Assembly: GCA_046581755.1 (NCBI GenBank)
Contig: JAYGFR010000215.1
Span: 1 to 12,922, forward strand
Reading direction: 5' to 3'
DNA: 12,922 bases
DNA from: Nitrospinota bacterium
GTDB taxonomy: Bacteria; UBA8248
Below the pieces are notes generated by a model, which saw only the letters and a list, made by a program, of their open reading frames with translations, had not been told where the DNA came from and did not search any database. A program made the translations under genes and the position numbers. Positions within the stretch are counted from its first letter, which is position 1, and every line of letters starts with the position of its first letter. Of this stretch, positions 7,296-12,922 are shown piece after piece.

Positions 7296-8510
7296 TTATC
7301 CTCTCACTCCCATCCAGGTGACTTCGTTGTCGGGTTTTCCGCTATCGGCCATCGCATTTACCTGATCGGCCATGCTCTGCACGTCCTTGAGAAGGACCTC
7401 GCGGCCGCCGAGACCGCAGACGAATCCCTTCATGAGGGGCTGGTTGTCGCTTCCGTAGAGGGCCGCCTTGATCTCGTTGAACAGAATCCCGCCGTGGAAC
7501 GGGGATCCGTACGAATAGTCGCGGTCGATGACGCCCACCGCCTTGAAACGCGAGAGCGAGGCGCGGAGCTCATCGGTCGGGAACGGACGGACCCACTTGA
7601 GGCGGACCCAGCCGACCTTCTTGCCGTCCTTGCGCATCTCGCGGATGGCGACCTTCACCGGAAGGCTCATTGTCCCCATGCCGCACAGAACGATATCGGC
7701 ATCGTCGGTCATGTATTCATCGATGAAGGGGTTTACGTCATCATCGAAGATGCGGCAGTAGTCTTTGTGGACTTCCTTGAGCACCGTGTAGGCGTTCTTG
7801 GCGGCCTCGCTGCTCTGGCGGCGGATCTCCATCAGCCAGTCCTCGTTCGCCTGGGGGGCGATGGTGATGGGATTGTCCGGATGGAGAAGGAGGTCGCCCC
7901 GGTCGTAGGGGGGCAGGAACTCATTCACCCGCTCCTGGCTGGGCAGGTGAACGATCGCCTGGCTGTGGGTCAGGAAGGCGCCGTCCATCGCGATCGCGCA
8001 GGGCAGGAACACCCGAGGGTCCTCGGCGACGCGGTAGGCCATCAGGCCCATCTCGACGGACTCCTGCGGGGTGTCCGGGAAGTTGATCATCCAACCCAAA
8101 TCGCGCACGAGAAGGGCGTCGTTGTGCTCGGTGCCGAAGGCGCCCGGATCGTCCAGCGCCCGGCAGCCGACCAGGGCCACCATCGGAATCCGCAGGCCAG
8201 CCGTCACCGCGAGCGGCTCCATCGCATAGAGCCAGCCCACGCCGCTCGATCCGGTGAACACGCGCGCACCGCAGGCCGAGGCATGCTTGACGATCTCGAA
8301 CTGGCCGTGCTCGCTCTCGGCCGGAATGTAGTCGGCGTCGAGTTCGCCGTTGGCGATCATGCGCGAGACGTACTGCATCACAGTGTCGTAAGGGCGAATC
8401 GGGTAGGCCGTGAGGACGTCCACATCGGCCAGGCGGCAGATGTGGGCCATCACTTCGCTTCCCGTGAGGAGCTCGACACTCGCCCCTTTTTCCTCTACAG
8501 CAGTTGCCAT
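7296..8510 (-). CDS. 2-oxoacid:ferredoxin oxidoreductase alpha subunit, oxalate oxidoreductase alpha-like
   Basis: RLADVDV..YPIRPY, ESEH (TPP-activating Glu), GARVFTGSSGVG, RALDDPG, RPFP, GLGG; SD AGGAG. Confidence 0.92.
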   Translation of the reverse strand: MATAVEEKGASVELLTGSEVMAHICRLADVDVLTAYPIRPYDTVMQYVSRMIANGELDADYIPAESEHGQFEIVKHASACGARVFTGSSGVGWLYAMEPLAVTAGLRIPMVALVGCRALDDPGAFGTEHNDALLVRDLGWMINFPDTPQESVEMGLMAYRVAEDPRVFLPCAIAMDGAFLTHSQAIVHLPSQERVNEFLPPYDRGDLLLHPDNPITIAPQANEDWLMEIRRQSSEAAKNAYTVLKEVHKDYCRIFDDDVNPFIDEYMTDDADIVLCGMGTMSLPVKVAIREMRKDGKKVGWVRLKWVRPFPTDELRASLSRFKAVGVIDRDYSYGSPFHGGILFNEIKAALYGSDNQPLMKGFVCGLGGREVLLKDVQSMADQVNAMADSGKPDNEVTWMGVRG

Positions 8511-8524
8511 CTTTTCGGCTCCTA

Positions 8525-9712
8525 TTAAAGTTCTTTCAGAGTTTTGGTTGAGAAGTTGTTTTCGTTGTGGCCTCCGGCCAGCCCCGCGCCGGAGAACGCG
8601 CCGGCCAGGCCGGTGATCGGATGACGGTTTTCGACCTTGCCCTTGGCGAGCTTTTCATCGACGTATTTGCCGAATTTCTCCTTGTCCTTGTTCCACATCT
8701 CGTACTGGCTGTCGCGCTCGTCGAAGACCACCTCGTTGACCATGGTGATGCAATCGGGCACCGGACAAATCGCCTCGCAAACGCCGCAGCCGCAGCAGGC
8801 TTCCATGTTGGCGTCGTAATAGCCGTCCGGCGTCACGTCGAAAACGGTGTCCGGGCAGGCCACCCAGCAGAGGGTGCATTTCGTGCATATATCGAACTGA
8901 ATCACCGGCCGCATGGTGCGGGTGGACCATTTCTTGAAATACTCGTTTCGGCCCGGAACGTAGCCGCCGTCCGAGTCTCCGAATTTGTTGTGGCCGCCCA
9001 CGGCGTCGATGACGACGCCCAGGCGCATGTCCTGCCACTTGAGAAGCTCGAAGGTGAAGGGAACCTCCGTGTTGCCCTCGCCGGGCTTGATCTCGTCCGA
9101 GCGGGCGTCCTCGTAGCTCGCACGGGCGGCTTCGACGTGATCGTTCCCGCCGATGTTCTCCAGGATGGCCGCCTCCAGGGACGCCATCGAGCAAATCTCG
9201 GGGCAGGCCTTCAGGGCCGCGCCCATGCAGCGGGCGTCGGTGCCGTCGTCCTTGTAGACCCAAAGGCCGGCGAAACTGGCCTCGCCCTTCACGATGGACA
9301 GGTTGTAGGGCGTGTCCTTGCGGTGAATATGCTTGACCAGATCATCGGAAGACTGGTTCGATGTGACGATCAGCGTGCCGCCCGGCTTGGTCACGGCGTT
9401 GATCGGCTGCAGGCCGTACCATCCCCACGACTCAACGCCCTTGCAGAGGGCGTCATCGACGCATATGGTCACGTCCACCTGCTTCGGCTCGTACTGGGCC
9501 GCCACCTCTTCGAGCTCTTCCTTGGTGTCGGCGATATATCCGAACTGTTTCGCGGGAATCCCGTTGCGCTCGGGCGAGTCGCTGTAGCGGCCGAACGAAA
9601 TCCCCACTTTCCCATCCTTGACGGCGGCGAGGATGAACGTCCTCGAGATCTTCGTGGCAAGGGATTTTTGAAATATCCCCCGGTACACAATTTCAAATGA
9701 GATAATGCTCAC
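8525..9712 (-). CDS. Fused gamma-domain + 2[4Fe-4S] ferredoxin subunit of 2-oxoacid:ferredoxin oxidoreductase (oxalate oxidoreductase delta-like)
   Basis: GTG start with SD GGGAGG 8 nt upstream; N-terminal POR-gamma domain (YSDSPERNGIP, KPGGTLIV); C-terminal W..RTMRPVI..CTKCTLCWVACP and CCGCGVCEAICP ferredoxin motifs. Confidence 0.9.
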   Translation of the reverse strand: MSIISFEIVYRGIFQKSLATKISRTFILAAVKDGKVGISFGRYSDSPERNGIPAKQFGYIADTKEELEEVAAQYEPKQVDVTICVDDALCKGVESWGWYGLQPINAVTKPGGTLIVTSNQSSDDLVKHIHRKDTPYNLSIVKGEASFAGLWVYKDDGTDARCMGAALKACPEICSMASLEAAILENIGGNDHVEAARASYEDARSDEIKPGEGNTEVPFTFELLKWQDMRLGVVIDAVGGHNKFGDSDGGYVPGRNEYFKKWSTRTMRPVIQFDICTKCTLCWVACPDTVFDVTPDGYYDANMEACCGCGVCEAICPVPDCITMVNEVVFDERDSQYEMWNKDKEKFGKYVDEKLAKGKVENRHPITGLAGAFSGAGLAGGHNENNFSTKTLKEL

Positions 9713-9735
9713 ACCTTGTACCTCCCTGTTCTTCC

Positions 9736-9780
9736 GAAATTCGATACGCCAAAATTCGACACTTCACAATTCGTCACGCC
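9736..9780. repeat. Three imperfect 15-nt tandem copies just upstream of the oxidoreductase operon RBS
   Basis: gaaattcgatacgcc / aaaattcgacacttc / acaattcgtcacgcc. Confidence 0.65.
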
Positions 9781-10066
9781 CTGTTTTTCACGCGAGGGCT
9801 TTGCGTCCTGGAAGCGAACGACAATTCTCTCCGGCCCGCCTCTCTATTTAAGGGGAAAGCAAACCCCAAAGAGAAAGGCAAACCCCTGAATTATTTTTCC
9901 GTCCCCCCGATAGCTCCTCCTTGTATCTTCAATAAAAGTTCGGTCAATAAATTTTGGTCGATAAGATGTTCGCTCAAAAAAATCGTTCCGGCTCCCGCCC
10001 CCGTATCAAGCAGGGAGCCATATCACACCGAGAGAGAAGTACCCGCACCCGAATATCCGTCAAAAT

Positions 10067-10792
10067 CTATTCGGCGCCAGTTTCCGGGGAAAATTCCCCG
10101 TCCGCCTCCCCGCCCTCGATCTCGATCAAATGAATCAGCATTGCGGCGGTGGCTTCCCCCTCGTTTTTCGCCCTGAGGGCACCGAGTATCACCAAATGCG
10201 TCTCGTGGGACCTTATCCGATCGCTTTGCTCCCGGATCGATTGTTCCCGGCGCTCCCGGAGGGATTCGAGCAGCGTCCTCAGAAGTTTTAGTAAAAACTC
10301 ATTCTTGGCCGCTTTCGCGAGCGTCAGGTGAAACAGAGTGTCTTCCTCGATACCGTTCCGGCCGGCATCGACTTCGACCCGCTGGCTCTCGAGAATCCGG
10401 CCGAGATCCTCCAACTCTTCGGGCGTGGCCCGCTTGGCCGCCAGCGCCGCAATCTGGGGCTCCAGAACCCTCCTGGCCTCGAAGAGAAGATGAATGCCGC
10501 TTTCATCCCCGGAAATGCTCGCCGACAGAACCGGAACCAGCGAATCGGGACCCGCGACGATAAAGGTCCCCTCCCCCTGGCGGGTTTCGACCAGATTCGC
10601 CGACTCCAGCGCCCGCGTCGCCTCGCGGACCGAATTCCGCCCCACCCCGAACCGCTCGCCAAGCTCGCGCTCGGAGGGGAGCTTGTCCCCCATCTTCAGC
10701 TCGCCGTTCAGGATGAGAGAGGTGATCTGCGATACGATCTCCTCGTATACACGGACCTTCCGAACTGTTTGAAGGCGGGTCTCTATGGCCAA
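10067..10792 (-). CDS. GntR-family transcriptional regulator, FadR subfamily (wHTH + FCD domain)
   Basis: VYEEIVSQI...GDKLPSERELGERFGVGRNSVREA...TRQGEGTFI wHTH; FCD motifs EARRVLEP, DTLFHLTLAKAAKN, H..I..A, AM..HL. TTG at 10792 has SD AGGTG 8 nt upstream; alternative TTG at 10816. Confidence 0.93.
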   Translation of the reverse strand: MAIETRLQTVRKVRVYEEIVSQITSLILNGELKMGDKLPSERELGERFGVGRNSVREATRALESANLVETRQGEGTFIVAGPDSLVPVLSASISGDESGIHLLFEARRVLEPQIAALAAKRATPEELEDLGRILESQRVEVDAGRNGIEEDTLFHLTLAKAAKNEFLLKLLRTLLESLRERREQSIREQSDRIRSHETHLVILGALRAKNEGEATAAMLIHLIEIEGGEADGEFSPETGAE

Positions 10793-10861
10793 AGATTTCT
10801 CACCTGGGCGATACAACTTGTCCGGTTATGGAGATATGGAGTCATCCTACAAGTTTCATGG

Positions 10862-10890
10862 AATCTAGCAATTTTCCCCCACAGAGTCAA
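10862..10890 (-). promoter_or_regulatory. Sigma70-type promoter of the GntR gene
   Basis: Minus strand TTGACT (10890-10885), 17-nt spacer, TAGATT (10867-10862) preceded by TGc, i.e. an extended -10. Confidence 0.7.
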
Positions 10891-10919
10891 CATCTGAGTC
10901 CACATCCGAGTCAACATTT
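10884..10919. repeat. Three 12-nt tandem direct repeats overlapping the GntR -35 element
   Basis: GAGTCAACATCT / GAGTCCACATCC / GAGTCAACATTT. Confidence 0.8.
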
Positions 10920-11121
10920 TAGTGGAGAATTTGGATTCCCATCCTCGCCGGCAAACAAGCGTTCTTGCCTCTCTTAATGTATATCTTCATGTATGGTTTA
11001 TAAATATCTGTATCATAACTTATTACAAACTTTATAAAATCTACTTTTGGAAATTTAGGGCTGCCTGCCTCCCTCTCACGATAATTTCCCGCATATTGTG
11101 ATAATTTCACCCTCCATGAGA

Positions 11122-11161
11122 GCCAATCGCCTCCCACGACTGCCAATCGCTTCCCTCGACT
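11122..11161 (+). repeat. 20-nt tandem duplication in the MFS gene leader
   Basis: gccaatcgcctcccacgact / gccaatcgcttccctcgact (18/20 identical), ending directly at the GGAG RBS. Confidence 0.75.
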
Positions 11162-11171
11162 GGAGAATTGA

Positions 11172-12392
11172 TTGAACCGCGGAAAAATTCTGGGAATTTT
11201 AACGGCCGGCCATGCCGCCGAGCACTGGTACCTCGGTATTCTTGGCCCCGTTCTGCCATTTCTCATCGCAGATCTCGACATCTCCCTCACCCAGGTTGGC
11301 ATCCTTTTCGCCGGCCGGGCCGCGTTCGGCGCCCTTTCCAGCGCGGGGACCGGATTTGTCATCGACAAGATGGGGGGCGGAAAGTGGGCGCTGGTGGTGT
11401 GCCTGGGCGGGCTCGCCCTGTTTCACGGCGGAATGAGCCAGACCTCGGGCCTGCTCACGCTGCTGCCCGTTTTCTGGCTGACCGGACTGGTGTCCCACCT
11501 CTGGCACCCGCCCTCGATGGGGTTCATCGGCCAGCAATTCAGCGACCGAAAAGGATTCGCCCTGGGACTCCACGGAACGGGCGCCAATATCGGCCAGACC
11601 CTCTCGCCTCTTATCGCGGGCTATCTCCTCCTGATCGCCGGCTGGCGGACGGTCCTCCTGGTCAACATGGTCCCACTGATCCTGGCGGCCACCCTGATCG
11701 GCATTTTTCTCCCGGCCTTCCGGACCAACCCCAAGCGATCCCCCAAAGACTCCGATTTGCGGTTTCGCCGGGTGAGCGGGGTTCTCCTAACAAATCCCCT
11801 CCTCGCCTCCTCGCTCCTGATCGCCGGGAGCATCACGATCGCCCACAACGGGCTTCAAACCTTTTTGCCGATCCTTCTGGTGAGTAAGTACGGAGCGAGC
11901 CCCGGATGGGTGGGCCTTTGCCTCGGCCTTTATTCGGCCTCCGCCATCATCCCCGAAACCGCCGTGGGTTATATCTCGGACACGATTTCGAGAAAATTTG
12001 TCCTGATTTTCGGCCTGGCGGCGGGAGGGCTCTCCCTGATCCTGATTCCGGCGATGGCGCCGGGGCCTTGGATGCTCATTCCCCTGACCTTGGTGGGCAT
12101 CTTTCTGCGCTCTCTGCGGCCGGTCGTTTTCGCCAACGCGCTGGAGGTGACCCCCGAAAACATGCGGGGAAGCACCATCGGGCTCCTGTTCACGGTAAAT
12201 CAGGGGTTCGCCGCGGTGGGGCCCCTGGCCGCCGGATTCTTGTCGGACGCCTACGGCATCGATTCCGCCCTTTGGTTCTTCGGAGGAATCGCGCTGGCGA
12301 TGATTCCGCTGTTTGCCATTTTGCCGAAAATTCCCGACAAAATAGATGTGCCCGCCACCGCCCAAAAAGATTCCGCCCACCAACCGTCCTGA
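11172..12392 (+). CDS. Major facilitator superfamily transporter
   Basis: TTG start with SD GGAG; 406 aa, about 12 hydrophobic segments; motif-A-like GFVIDKMGG and GYISDTISRK; WHPP..., KGFALGLHGTGANIG, RGSTIGL, GPLAAGFLSD (resembles Fsr-type MFS). Confidence 0.92.
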   Translation: MNRGKILGILTAGHAAEHWYLGILGPVLPFLIADLDISLTQVGILFAGRAAFGALSSAGTGFVIDKMGGGKWALVVCLGGLALFHGGMSQTSGLLTLLPVFWLTGLVSHLWHPPSMGFIGQQFSDRKGFALGLHGTGANIGQTLSPLIAGYLLLIAGWRTVLLVNMVPLILAATLIGIFLPAFRTNPKRSPKDSDLRFRRVSGVLLTNPLLASSLLIAGSITIAHNGLQTFLPILLVSKYGASPGWVGLCLGLYSASAIIPETAVGYISDTISRKFVLIFGLAAGGLSLILIPAMAPGPWMLIPLTLVGIFLRSLRPVVFANALEVTPENMRGSTIGLLFTVNQGFAAVGPLAAGFLSDAYGIDSALWFFGGIALAMIPLFAILPKIPDKIDVPATAQKDSAHQPS

Positions 12393-12412
12393 ACCGGCCG
12401 GAGGCCCATCTC

Positions 12413-12922
12413 GTGCGCCAGCCCATTCACGAACACCCCGGCTTCTTTCATGTCGGCCGCCTTCTCTCCGGCGGCTCTCCGCCCCCGCCGGCGGCCGAGT
12501 TGCTCGCCTCCCTGGGCATAAGCGATATGGAGCGGACGGCCCGGAGCCTTCAATCCCTGGCCCTTCACCCCTCGTTTCCCCGCGGGGACAAAATTTTTCT
12601 TGCCCAATTTCTTGAGTCCCTTGGTGAAACATTCGAGCCCGAGCGAGCGATGGCCAATCTTGAGCGTATTCTCGAATCAAGGGAAAACCCTGACGCTCTC
12701 CTTTTGGCGCTAAGGCGATCAAGCAAACGCCGTTCAATTGTCCTCACTCTCGCGGGCGGAAGTCAGTTTCTCTCGGACACCATCCTTCGCCATCCGAAAT
12801 ATCTTGACTGGCTTCTCAAACCAATGACCCTCCGGAAGGAGCGCAGTTTCGGGAAGATGTCCCTTGAGTTATGGCGCTGGATTCGAGAGTCGAAGGCATA
12901 CCCCAATGGCCCCGCCTACGCC
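12413..12922 (+). CDS. glnE: Probable glutamine-synthetase adenylyltransferase (GlnE) N-terminal region, partial
   Basis: GTG at 12413 with SD GGAGG 8 nt upstream; frame open to the window end: ...LASLGISDMERTARSL...EPERAMANLERIL...LTLAGGSQFLSDTILRHPKYLDWLL..., matching the xPDxAxxNLERx and SxFLSDxxxRHPxxLDWL pattern of GlnE N-termini. Absent from the ORF track because no stop falls in the window. Confidence 0.72.
   Translation, partial: MRQPIHEHPGFFHVGRLLSGGSPPPPAAELLASLGISDMERTARSLQSLALHPSFPRGDKIFLAQFLESLGETFEPERAMANLERILESRENPDALLLALRRSSKRRSIVLTLAGGSQFLSDTILRHPKYLDWLLKPMTLRKERSFGKMSLELWRWIRESKAYPNGPAYA

Noticed and set aside
1829..9700. Long antisense ORFs (1829..2965, 3596..5086, 5185..6294, 6173..7321, 7290..8528, 8567..9700)
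   Set aside because: Each mirrors a well-supported gene on the other strand, as expected from high-GC codon bias, and none has recognisable motifs.
6260..9712. Canonical pyruvate synthase (porABGD) or phenylglyoxylate dehydrogenase (pad) assignment
   Set aside because: YPIRP instead of YPITP, no Gly-rich gamma loop, fused gamma-delta subunit, and no PadH-like flavoprotein gene.
9850..9910. c-di-GMP-I riboswitch suggested by AAAGGCAAACCC
   Set aside because: Wrong strand for the downstream operon, and the GNRA-capped stem and following GGGACGCAAAGC segment are missing.
9736..10919. CRISPR array or REP elements
   Set aside because: Repeats are short, contiguous, lack unique spacers and differ between sites; no cas or transposase genes.
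10919..11368. 149-aa minus-strand ORF across the AT-rich GntR/MFS spacer
   Set aside because: Overlaps the MFS gene antisense, has no recognisable domain, and its AT-rich part looks like promoter DNA.

Overview
GC-rich bacterial chromosomal segment centred on small-carboxylate uptake and oxidation. Left to right: an L-lactate/glycolate permease (lctP family, - strand, runs off the window) broken by one in-frame TAG; a divergent tripartite tricarboxylate transporter operon (tctC-tctB-tctA); a convergent FGE/SUMF1-like (FGE-sulfatase domain) gene carrying an internal SH3b-like insertion; a three-gene thiamine-diphosphate 2-oxoacid:ferredoxin oxidoreductase operon (fused gamma-delta, alpha, beta); a GntR/FadR regulator upstream of it; a divergent MFS transporter; and the 5' end of a glnE-like gene that the ORF track omits. 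The oxidoreductase signatures (YPIRP in alpha, no Gly-rich CoA loop, delta-alpha-beta order) match the CoA-independent oxalate oxidoreductase (OOR) clade rather than PFOR. The best candidate for a new system is this OOR-like operon with an altered active-site loop, plus its regulator and transporters. Most intergenic regions contain short imperfect tandem duplications. Family calls come from motif recognition and recalled reference sequences; no database search was run.
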